Source: a virus (lineage: Duplodnaviria; Caudoviricetes). From it: 64,000 bases of DNA. Shown here piece after piece: positions 56,397-64,000 of the stretch (within the stretch, counting starts at the first letter, position 1; every line of letters starts with the position of its first letter). Made by a program: the position numbers and the translations under genes. The notes beneath the pieces were generated by a model. It was not told the DNA's origin, searched no databases, and saw only the letters and a program-made list of their open reading frames with translations. Location: the IMG/VR virus record IMGVR_UViG_3300033074_001674, positions 32,001 to 96,000 of that record; one strand, given 5' to 3'.

Positions 56397-57481
56397 TGAT
56401 TTATTTCTTCCAATACCTTAATAATCTTTGACGCCCCATTATCCCAAGAGAATTTTTTGGCTGTCTCTACCCCGCTCTTATTGAAGAGAAGCTTTCCGCT
56501 CTGCTTCTCACTGTGTATCTTGCGCATCTCATCTACCAGTTGGTCTAGGTTAAATGTTGACCATGCACCCTGTCCATAGAACCACTTGCCATCCTTCGCG
56601 ACTTCCATTCCAGTAACATCTAGTAATCTGGCATTTCTATCATGCATATATTCTGTGTGGCCAGAATAATTAGTTGCTATTATATGTGCTCCGCAGGCCA
56701 TCATCTCTAGTGGCTCAAGATTAAATCCTTCTGCTTTTGCAGGAAAAACACCAACATCAATTTGTGCGAATATCTTTCTTATCTCAGCATGATTATCAAC
56801 TCTATCAAAAAACTTTACCTTATTGCCCATGGTAGATAGAGCATACTTCTTCCGCCACTCGAAATTTTCATGGCCGATAAATGGGTTATCGTTCATCATC
56901 CACAACTCAACATCATCTGTTGGTGAAAATGCGGCGTTAAATGCTGCGCATAGCTCTTCGTGGCCTTTTCTTACTTCCCACTTACCAACATTCATGAATA
57001 TTGTAGAATTTCTATTCCAATATTGTCTTTGATTGTGCCCGTCCGGCTCGTAGAAAAACTTATCATTATCAACGCCTAGTGGAACAACAAATGTCGGAAC
57101 CTGAATATTATTAGATTCAATAACTCGCTTCGCCCATTCAGAGCAAACAAATATATAATCTAAAGAATTTAGATGATGCTTTTCCTTATCTGAAAACTTA
57201 TCAAGTTCGAATATTGGAAATCCAATCCTAATATTGCTTGGATACATATCTAGTTCAAATTGATGCCAAATTCTAATTGAAGGGGCCTTATGATTAAAGG
57301 TCTCCTTTGACTTTAAGGCAAAATCTAAAATCCGCGTGCTTTCATCTGTCTTTGGCCACGATACATTGCCTATTGGGAATAATGCAACTTTATGTCCAGC
57401 ACCAATTAGAGATTTAAGTAAATTATATGAAGCTACTCCATATCCCAACTGACCTATTGGTCCAACCCAATTAATGTCCAT
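56393..57481 (-). CDS. GT4 (GT-B) glycosyltransferase
   Basis: LGYG, VPLGVD, VGKWEVRKG, AEGFNLEPLEMMACG, TNYSGH. Confidence 0.9.
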   Translation of the reverse strand: MDINWVGPIGQLGYGVASYNLLKSLIGAGHKVALFPIGNVSWPKTDESTRILDFALKSKETFNHKAPSIRIWHQFELDMYPSNIRIGFPIFELDKFSDKEKHHLNSLDYIFVCSEWAKRVIESNNIQVPTFVVPLGVDNDKFFYEPDGHNQRQYWNRNSTIFMNVGKWEVRKGHEELCAAFNAAFSPTDDVELWMMNDNPFIGHENFEWRKKYALSTMGNKVKFFDRVDNHAEIRKIFAQIDVGVFPAKAEGFNLEPLEMMACGAHIIATNYSGHTEYMHDRNARLLDVTGMEVAKDGKWFYGQGAWSTFNLDQLVDEMRKIHSEKQSGKLLFNKSGVETAKKFSWDNGASKIIKVLEEINQ

Positions 57482-58646
57482 TTCTGACCTTCCAAGCACA
57501 ATAATGAGATAAAATTGTTTCCTTCATTAAATTCCCTATATAATCATAGTTATATTTAGAAGGAGTAGATATGGCGGTATTTATCTTTCGTCTCCATGGA
57601 GAATCTTCGCCGCCAACCAATTTACTAATTGACCATTCGTTGTAAGCAGACCTAAGAGCCCCTCTTAGTGAGAGGATATCTGGTTCTGCCCAATTGTCTG
57701 CGGCCGTATACATAAAAGGATGTGGGTGTGGCATCGAATGACATGGTGTCATCGTGTAATCAACTAGCCATCCGGCATCGTTTGTTAAGAACTCTTTTGT
57801 CCCGCCACAATTAAGTCCAATTGCCGGCAGTCCATATCCAAGAGCATCAAAATGTGTAATTGAGAAGCCTTCGCCGCGGCTAGGGAGTGCATACAAATCG
57901 CATGTCTTGTATAGCTTTGCTATAGAATCTTCTCCTGTAACACCATGTATTAGCTTAATCTTAGGATAAGCTCCACTTTGTAATCTAAGCGCAGATTTAA
58001 TCCCGTTGATTTGATTAATCAGAGAGTTTCTCTCATTATCTCCATCATTAGGCCCAAAATAAACCTTTAAGACCAATACGACATTATCATTTGCTGTAAA
58101 TTCATTTAGATATGAAAATAGCAATGAGTCAACACCCTTTTTCTTGGATATCTGACAAATAGATAATATCTTGAAGTGCTCTTCAAAACCAGGCATATCA
58201 TATGGCTGAACAGGCTTTTTGTATTGTTCCTCGCTAAATGTGTGCGGCACCTTAACAACTGGAGGCTTGACACCAGCGACTGTGCACGCGATAACATTAT
58301 CGTCGCATGGGACCATAATGAGGTCCATCTGATTTAATTGTCTAACCCACTCTTGAGGGACTCTATCTGTCTCCCATGCAAAATAACATGCATTAAAACA
58401 GCCGTCTTTTCTGCCCATCTCATTTGGGGTTGTATGAGCAAGAATAATATCTACATTAGATGTATCCTTGTCTGCAAGGTGCTTCTCTCTATCTGATAAG
58501 ATAGCGCTACCGCCATCATATCTTAATGGCCTAGTTACTATATCACATCCTACAGAATCTAGCGCTCTAACATAATTCCTTGCGGCAGTGGCATATCCTG
58601 AGAAATCTAGCAATGGGGCTATATACAATATCTTTGGATTTTTCAT
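57471..58646 (-). CDS. GT4 (GT-B) glycosyltransferase
   Basis: SGYATAAR, AWET, KKGVD, PSRGEGFSITHFDA. Confidence 0.9.
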   Translation of the reverse strand: MKNPKILYIAPLLDFSGYATAARNYVRALDSVGCDIVTRPLRYDGGSAILSDREKHLADKDTSNVDIILAHTTPNEMGRKDGCFNACYFAWETDRVPQEWVRQLNQMDLIMVPCDDNVIACTVAGVKPPVVKVPHTFSEEQYKKPVQPYDMPGFEEHFKILSICQISKKKGVDSLLFSYLNEFTANDNVVLVLKVYFGPNDGDNERNSLINQINGIKSALRLQSGAYPKIKLIHGVTGEDSIAKLYKTCDLYALPSRGEGFSITHFDALGYGLPAIGLNCGGTKEFLTNDAGWLVDYTMTPCHSMPHPHPFMYTAADNWAEPDILSLRGALRSAYNEWSISKLVGGEDSPWRRKINTAISTPSKYNYDYIGNLMKETILSHYCAWKVRNGH

Positions 58647-60277
58647 ATAACAGGTCCAACTAACAAATTGCTTGAAATTCTAATTGGATTATTCTGATGA
58701 CCCATCATTTGCATGGCGCGTGAGAATCTTATAGATTCAAACCTGTTATGGGCATCTATTTCTCCCTTGAAATAATTCTCAACATCTTCCTTTGACATTC
58801 CTTTGGCCAGTGATGAAGTCCAGTGTTGGAATCCTGCCGGGTCTGGCTCTCGCATCAGAAGAGCTCTATAGCATGTCATTACAAATTGGTCATTTGGAAG
58901 ATTCTTATCTATTGTATAAGGAGGCATAAGCTTGAAATCAGGCAATTTTTCCCATGAGACTTTTCTGTCTAGGATTGCAATATTGTCGATTACATCTTCA
59001 AATGTCTTTCCGACACCTTGCCAGGTATGCATTTTCTCTGCACACGCTCTTGCCCTTTTAGCTAATTCTAATCTTTCTTTCTTCTCGTAAATCATGCGCT
59101 TCATAAGGCCTGCTAGACAATCAACATCAGAGAATGTTCTAACGGCCATAGTTTCTGCTTCTGTGTATCTTCTGTCTATATCTATTGGAAGTGTCCCGCC
59201 ATTCTCAACATGGTCCTCTAGCGCGGAATAATTAGAGCACAAAACTGGCAGTCCACACGCCTTAGCTTCGACAACCGGAACTCCCCACCCCTCACAAATC
59301 GCGACCTGACAGTATACATCCATTAAGTTATAAATTTCTGCCAGCTCACTTTCACTCACTGAGTTATGTGTATTTGGCATATGTGCAGCATGTTGCCCGC
59401 AGAAAATACATTGTCCCATCCCAGCCTGATTACAGGGCAGGAACCATGAAAAAAATACCTTTGTACAGGCATCACATTTGTATGTGAATATTACATGTCT
59501 ATTAAGGGAATTTCTTCTAAGAAGCTCTGGTATATCCCAACCAACGTCTGGATATGAGGTATGACATAGTAGGACGCTATGCTCTACTTCTTTAGAGCCA
59601 GCATATCTTTTCCTTAATAGTGAGAAGGCTTCAAACAGGTCTGAAAATAGCTTTCGCTTTTGATTGCGCATCACTGTTCCAAAAATAAACAGTGACTTAT
59701 TGAGTCCCCAATCATCTCTTAGTTTGATTTTATCCATTGGTCTAAATGTATCTAGGTCAACTCCTGGACTTGTGACTGCTGCAACCTTTAGTCCTTGCGC
59801 ATTTAAGGTTCTTCTTCCAAATCTACTATAAGTAGTGAGTATATCAGCCTTGCTAAAAATCTCATCTACCCATTCCTGCTTTTGGGGAGCAGAATCTACA
59901 GTAGGAGTTAGCAACACCTTATAATTGCCTCTAAATCTAGATTTTACTAGATGAGGCATCATCCATGGGTCTAAAAACGACATTACTATGTCTGGCTGAA
60001 AATCTGCTACCACAGCATCAAATTTATATGCGCCAAATTGATTTATAGGATTAGAATTATAAATTCTTCCCTCTTCGTCATTTAGAGGGAGGACGCCGTA
60101 GAACCGCCAGGGAAGTGCGGCGGCCTGCGGCGCGTCTTGTCTACCATAATTACCCATTTCAGCTATCTCATATTTGCCAGTGGCATAGAGATACTTAATG
60201 ACTTCCCGGTTAAATTTAGCAAAGCCAGTCGCCAACCAACTGGCCTCGCCACAAAATAGTAGACGCTTCTTGCCCAT
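58643..60277 (-). CDS. GT4 glycosyltransferase with Zn-finger insert and C-terminal DUF4214-like domain
   Basis: TGFA, RNQKRK, EGWGVPVVEAKACG; CDAC/CIFC; YRALLMREPDPAG..HW. Confidence 0.88.
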   Translation of the reverse strand: MGKKRLLFCGEASWLATGFAKFNREVIKYLYATGKYEIAEMGNYGRQDAPQAAALPWRFYGVLPLNDEEGRIYNSNPINQFGAYKFDAVVADFQPDIVMSFLDPWMMPHLVKSRFRGNYKVLLTPTVDSAPQKQEWVDEIFSKADILTTYSRFGRRTLNAQGLKVAAVTSPGVDLDTFRPMDKIKLRDDWGLNKSLFIFGTVMRNQKRKLFSDLFEAFSLLRKRYAGSKEVEHSVLLCHTSYPDVGWDIPELLRRNSLNRHVIFTYKCDACTKVFFSWFLPCNQAGMGQCIFCGQHAAHMPNTHNSVSESELAEIYNLMDVYCQVAICEGWGVPVVEAKACGLPVLCSNYSALEDHVENGGTLPIDIDRRYTEAETMAVRTFSDVDCLAGLMKRMIYEKKERLELAKRARACAEKMHTWQGVGKTFEDVIDNIAILDRKVSWEKLPDFKLMPPYTIDKNLPNDQFVMTCYRALLMREPDPAGFQHWTSSLAKGMSKEDVENYFKGEIDAHNRFESIRFSRAMQMMGHQNNPIRISSNLLVGPVI

Positions 60278-60711
60278 TAGAAAGGAAGACCTGCTGCTCT
60301 CTCATTTAGATTGCCGCTATTGCTTCTGCCTCTGCGCGCAGGGGGAGACTGTCGCTCGGTCTGCTCTTGCTCGTCCTTAGATGACTGCTTGCCAGTAAGA
60401 AGAAGATAATCATTTAGAGTTACCTTAATCTTGCTGCGCTTCTTGCCGTCCTGCTCCCACTCATCAGTAGTAAGTCTACCACTGACATAAATAGGAGTTC
60501 CCTTTGCAACGTTGGCCGCCAAAGACTCAGCCAATCTTCCCCAAGCCTCACAGTCAACAAACGTAGCCTGTTCCTGCCACTCGTCATTCTTATCCTTATA
60601 AGAACGAGAACTGGCTACACGAACTGTGGCCACAGTATTACTTCCAACTTGACGAGTCTCAACATCCGCACAAGCTCTGCCAGAAAGACTAACCTGATTT
60701 ATATTACTCAC
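60277..60711 (-). CDS. ssb: single-stranded DNA-binding protein
   Basis: INQVSLSGR, FVDCEAWG..AE, KG..V.GRL...W, C-terminal LPF. Confidence 0.92.
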   Translation of the reverse strand: MSNINQVSLSGRACADVETRQVGSNTVATVRVASSRSYKDKNDEWQEQATFVDCEAWGRLAESLAANVAKGTPIYVSGRLTTDEWEQDGKKRSKIKVTLNDYLLLTGKQSSKDEQEQTERQSPPARRGRSNSGNLNERAAGLPF

Positions 60712-60720
60712 AAAATACTC

Positions 60721-61224
60721 CTAAACATTAACTAAAGTTAAAAACGGTTCTAAAACATCATGTTCCTGCGCTAACAGAATCATATCTTCTGTTAGATTAT
60801 TATTATTTCCCAAATACTTAAGATATAAATGAATTAAACATTTTCTTTTATCTTCATAAATTGGAGTCTGTGCTCCAAGACTCTTTGGATGAAATGAGAT
60901 TATATCTATCATTCTTCCCAACTGGTCAACAAAGACGATATTGTCAGTATCTATCCCATTACTAGACACATAATGACCAATTTCCATTACTATAAATGCT
61001 TCTGCCGCCAATGGATGAACCGGCAATATTATATCATCTCCTATATCTATTCCTTCTGGGCTATCTGACCAACACCACTGCAACTTATCTCCATCATATG
61101 TTAGTGTAACTATACAATTGTCCTCATTAACAACCACAACGCACTTTTTAAGTGGTGCCTTCATCGCAGCCGGCTTGAGCTTACTAATGTCATCATCCAA
61201 ATATTTGCGTATTCTATTATTCAT
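60721..61224 (-). CDS. hypothetical protein
   Basis: ORF coupled to the dnaE fragment. Confidence 0.6.
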   Translation of the reverse strand: MNNRIRKYLDDDISKLKPAAMKAPLKKCVVVVNEDNCIVTLTYDGDKLQWCWSDSPEGIDIGDDIILPVHPLAAEAFIVMEIGHYVSSNGIDTDNIVFVDQLGRMIDIISFHPKSLGAQTPIYEDKRKCLIHLYLKYLGNNNNLTEDMILLAQEHDVLEPFLTLVNV

Positions 61225-62828
61225 ATTGCCTCGATATTATTTACGTGTAAGCTTCCATCTTTTTTTCTCCCGCTAATTAAGACTATGTTTCCTTCCTCCA
61301 AAAACATTGAAACTTTCTGATATGCAGACGCAAAAACTACCACGCCATCTAATAAATATGTGTCATCTCTAATTCTAAGAAACGCCATATAATTGCCATT
61401 TTTATCTTTAAATGCCTTTACTTCTTCAAGGAATGCGGCTATATCACATTTAGATTTGTCTTTAAGTCTTAGAAAATCTCTACAGGAAGTATTGGCCTTT
61501 GGACTACTATACATATCTACTTCATTTCCACTAAATGGCATTCCTAAATAGTGTTTCTCCCAAGCTATGTTGCTGGCTGACCCACTGCCTATCAATTTGC
61601 GCAAATCTTCTATTGCCAGGTTCATTTTCTCTACGCGCTTATCTAAAGGTCTTGGTATTTTTGCTTCTATAAGTGCAGGAATCCAATCATAGACAGATTT
61701 ATCTACATTGCCACTTTTAATCAGCCAGGACCTTTCTCTATCAGTAAGAGAGCATAACATTTTATATCTAGCCAACATTCTGCCGCGACGCTTGTCTATC
61801 GAATCTAATGCCCCACTTTTAATTAGCGCCTCAACAACATCCTTCTTGTATAAGATGTTATTTTCTTCATTAGTTTGCTGACAAAATGAACATTTATCTT
61901 TGGGGTGTTCGAAAATTTTCTCAAATAATTCAGATTCATTAGAAACATCAGATAAATGGTCTAGTCCATTAATCGCTGAATCTCCAATCCCTTTAATATG
62001 ACCTAATCCGAATATTATTGTTTTTTCATCTATAATCGAAAAATCCCTCTTGGAAAATCTAATATCTGGAATATTAACGTCTATATTAAAAAGACGAGCC
62101 TCATATATTAGCTCTTTAACCTCATCTGCCTTATCTATATTCGCATCTCCTCTGGCATGAGTAAGTGCAGATTTAAAAAAATGTGCTGGGAAATGCACTT
62201 TTGCATACGCTGTTTGGTATCCATTAATAGCGTATGATACTGCATGAGACAAATTAAAGCCATAACCAGAAAATTTCTCAATCCACGAAAATACCTCTTC
62301 TGCTATATATTTATCTCTGCCAAGAGCAATGGCACCATCCACAAACTTCTTACGAAGCGAATTCACAACATCTTCCTTCTTTTTGCCAACGCCCTTTCTT
62401 AGGTCATCTGCTTCCTTAAGATTAAAACCAGCAAATATCTCAGCAATTTTCATTAATTGCTCTTGATAGATTGGCACGCTATATGTGTCTTTAAAAATAG
62501 GTTCTAGACAACTGTCAATATATTCTGGCTTTAATATACCATCTCTAACTGCTACATAAGTATCTGAAATAGAGTATTTCTTGCCGCTTTCAATATCTTC
62601 TCTAAAAGTAGCTTTAAGGCAACCTGGCCTAATTAAACTAATTACATCGGCCATTTCTCTAATATTCTTTGGTTTAACGCTTTGACACCATCTCTTGCCA
62701 AGAGACTTTTCTAACTGAAAAACGCCCTTAGTCAGACCAGCAGAAAGAAGCTCATAAACTGCAGGACAATTAAGTGGGATATTATCCCAATCTAATTTAT
62801 CCATTCTACAACCACAACTAAATCTCAT
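61221..62828 (-). CDS. dnaE: DNA polymerase III alpha subunit, C-terminal portion only (fingers, HhH, OB)
   Basis: TKGVFQLE, LIRPG, IYQEQ.M, AD.LRK..GKK, YGFNLSHA..Y, IKGIG, LIKSGALD, EK.YLG, MAF. Confidence 0.9.
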   Translation of the reverse strand: MRFSCGCRMDKLDWDNIPLNCPAVYELLSAGLTKGVFQLEKSLGKRWCQSVKPKNIREMADVISLIRPGCLKATFREDIESGKKYSISDTYVAVRDGILKPEYIDSCLEPIFKDTYSVPIYQEQLMKIAEIFAGFNLKEADDLRKGVGKKKEDVVNSLRKKFVDGAIALGRDKYIAEEVFSWIEKFSGYGFNLSHAVSYAINGYQTAYAKVHFPAHFFKSALTHARGDANIDKADEVKELIYEARLFNIDVNIPDIRFSKRDFSIIDEKTIIFGLGHIKGIGDSAINGLDHLSDVSNESELFEKIFEHPKDKCSFCQQTNEENNILYKKDVVEALIKSGALDSIDKRRGRMLARYKMLCSLTDRERSWLIKSGNVDKSVYDWIPALIEAKIPRPLDKRVEKMNLAIEDLRKLIGSGSASNIAWEKHYLGMPFSGNEVDMYSSPKANTSCRDFLRLKDKSKCDIAAFLEEVKAFKDKNGNYMAFLRIRDDTYLLDGVVVFASAYQKVSMFLEEGNIVLISGRKKDGSLHVNNIEAI

Positions 62829-63046
62829 TTGACACCTGGCAATAAATCGTTTCCAGTCTCATTCTTATACCAGTCATTTAACGTGCGCTTCTTTATTTTA
62901 ACACCAGAATGACCTATTATGCGTCGCTCCATTGATGTGATTGAGCAGTGCTCGCACAAAAGAGCCTGTCTAGGGTCTGACGATATAGGCAGAACAACAA
63001 TCTCTTCATGTTTACATTCGAAACATCTATATAAGTAGGCTGGCAC
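62825..63046 (-). CDS. FmdB-like zinc ribbon protein
   Basis: (M)PAYLYRCFECKH...CEHC...MERRI; GAGG RBS before GTG. Confidence 0.7.
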   Translation of the reverse strand: MPAYLYRCFECKHEEIVVLPISSDPRQALLCEHCSITSMERRIIGHSGVKIKKRTLNDWYKNETGNDLLPGVK

Positions 63047-63518
63047 GGTCAACCTCTATAGTAAGGAATGAGAGTTTACTAATATTCGACACTGGCGAAA
63101 GCGCCATCGTAAATTTCTTTTTATCGCCACCATTAACTATTCTGACCATCGCTGAATTGCTGGAATCAACTAAATAATCTTTAAGAACATCTTTTAGAAA
63201 TAAATAAACAACAAATCCACCTTTATTATTTAGAACGTACGCGATAACATCGGCCTTAGTAGCCATAATGCCTGTAAGCTTGCCTTTTCCATTCGCAAAT
63301 TCAAAACACATATTGCCTGTATCTTCTGCCAATATATCGTATTTTACCTCTATATTAATTGGAGTTTCTCCATCAATTAGTTGGAAATCTCCATATTCTT
63401 GGGATGGAGGCTGACTATGTGATTTCTTGAATCTGTCATGAGACAACAACGCTTGATATGCTATACTTTCGCCACGCTGTCCATCTTTTAAATCTCGTAT
63501 AAATTTATAGTGAGCCAT
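63027..63518 (-). CDS. PD-(D/E)xK nuclease-like protein
   Basis: DLKDGQRGE, GDF, IEVKYD, TGN..FE, GI..TKAD. Confidence 0.7.
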   Translation of the reverse strand: MAHYKFIRDLKDGQRGESIAYQALLSHDRFKKSHSQPPSQEYGDFQLIDGETPINIEVKYDILAEDTGNMCFEFANGKGKLTGIMATKADVIAYVLNNKGGFVVYLFLKDVLKDYLVDSSNSAMVRIVNGGDKKKFTMALSPVSNISKLSFLTIEVDRASLLI

Positions 63519-63955
63519 TACTTAATGCCTGTTGAGCCGAGACCGCCAAGACCTCTATCTGTATTTTCATCTACTTTAGAGACTTGTACAAATGATACTT
63601 TTGGAACATGTCTTAGAGCCAACTGTGCTAATCTATCTCCAGTTTTAAACTCAAACGGTTTATCTCCTGCATTATGCAATATTATCTTAATTTCATTTCT
63701 ATATGCAGAATCTATTGTTCCAGGAGAATTTAACACAAATACACTGTTCTTTGCGGCCAAGCCAGACCTGGACCTTACTAATAATTCATAATCTGGAGCC
63801 ATTGCAACTTTAATTCCAGTACTAATTATTTTGGTTTCGCCAGGTCTAATTGCGCCAGATTCAACACACGATAAATCTGCACAAGCATCAGTCTCATGTG
63901 CGAACTTGGGCAATTTTGCATCTGGATGTATTAATTCAACGTGAATTTCTGGCAT
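63518..63955 (-). CDS. dut: dUTPase (trimeric)
   Basis: ACADL, RSRSGLA, NSPGTIDSAYR, GDRLAQL, RGLGGLGSTG. Confidence 0.95.
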   Translation of the reverse strand: MPEIHVELIHPDAKLPKFAHETDACADLSCVESGAIRPGETKIISTGIKVAMAPDYELLVRSRSGLAAKNSVFVLNSPGTIDSAYRNEIKIILHNAGDKPFEFKTGDRLAQLALRHVPKVSFVQVSKVDENTDRGLGGLGSTGIK

Positions 63956-64000
63956 CTTTAATCTCCTTATTAATCGCTATAGCTATATCATTTAAAATAT

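Noticed and set aside
26141-60277. Cellular O-antigen or capsule locus
   Set aside because: It lacks flippase, polymerase and initiating transferase, and is interspersed with phage-type small ORFs, homing endonucleases and replication genes.
61221-62828. Trans-splicing split-intein DnaE
   Set aside because: No intein C-terminal block (..HN/SN-Cys) at the N-terminus, and the break point differs from the cyanobacterial site.
63027-63518. Restriction enzyme of a restriction-modification pair
   Set aside because: No adjacent methyltransferase; it resembles a generic phage PD-(D/E)xK protein.
1-64000. Many antisense or shadow ORFs in the track (e.g. 220..465, 6213..6653, 10811..11212, 24473..24904, 46923..47255)
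   Set aside because: They lie opposite well-supported, tightly packed genes and show no motifs.
1-64000. CRISPR array, tRNA genes or diversity-generating retroelement
   Set aside because: No regularly spaced repeats, no canonical tRNA cloverleaf other than the tmRNA, and no reverse transcriptase or adenine-specific TR/VR pair seen by eye. tRNAscan-SE would be needed to exclude tRNAs formally.
1-64000. Stop-codon reassignment
   Set aside because: Conserved genes are full length in code 11, and TAA, TAG and TGA all end genes at expected positions.

Overview
AT-rich, very gene-dense DNA with many overlapping start and stop codons, best read as part of a large (jumbo-type) tailed bacteriophage genome. 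No rRNA genes, CRISPR arrays or integrase were seen. The first ~14.6 kb is on the + strand. It is an accessory region with about 10 divergent paralogous ~70-110 aa proteins (consensus C-x-[LI]-x-CG[PE]NA, possibly beta-grasp/ubiquitin-like), a complete one-piece tmRNA (5197-5567), a C26 glutamine amidotransferase, a GNAT, several lipoproteins, a family-4 UDG, PhoH and a MazG-like protein. From 14.6 kb to the end, the credible genes are on the - strand. They include a virion-appendage block (tail-fibre-like protein plus three C1q-like proteins), a Whirly-like ssDNA-binding protein near a putative annealing protein, three methyltransferases, an HD nuclease, AlkB and a pyrimidine-dimer glycosylase. 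There is also a very large glycosylation region: Gmd, two epimerases, an intein-containing nucleotide-sugar dehydrogenase, WecB, RmlC- and RmlD-like enzymes and about 12 glycosyltransferases. Four free-standing homing endonucleases of different families lie in or next to it. The window ends with replication genes: SSB, a DnaE C-terminal half lacking the catalytic aspartates, and dUTPase. All family calls come from motif recognition by eye, without database searches.
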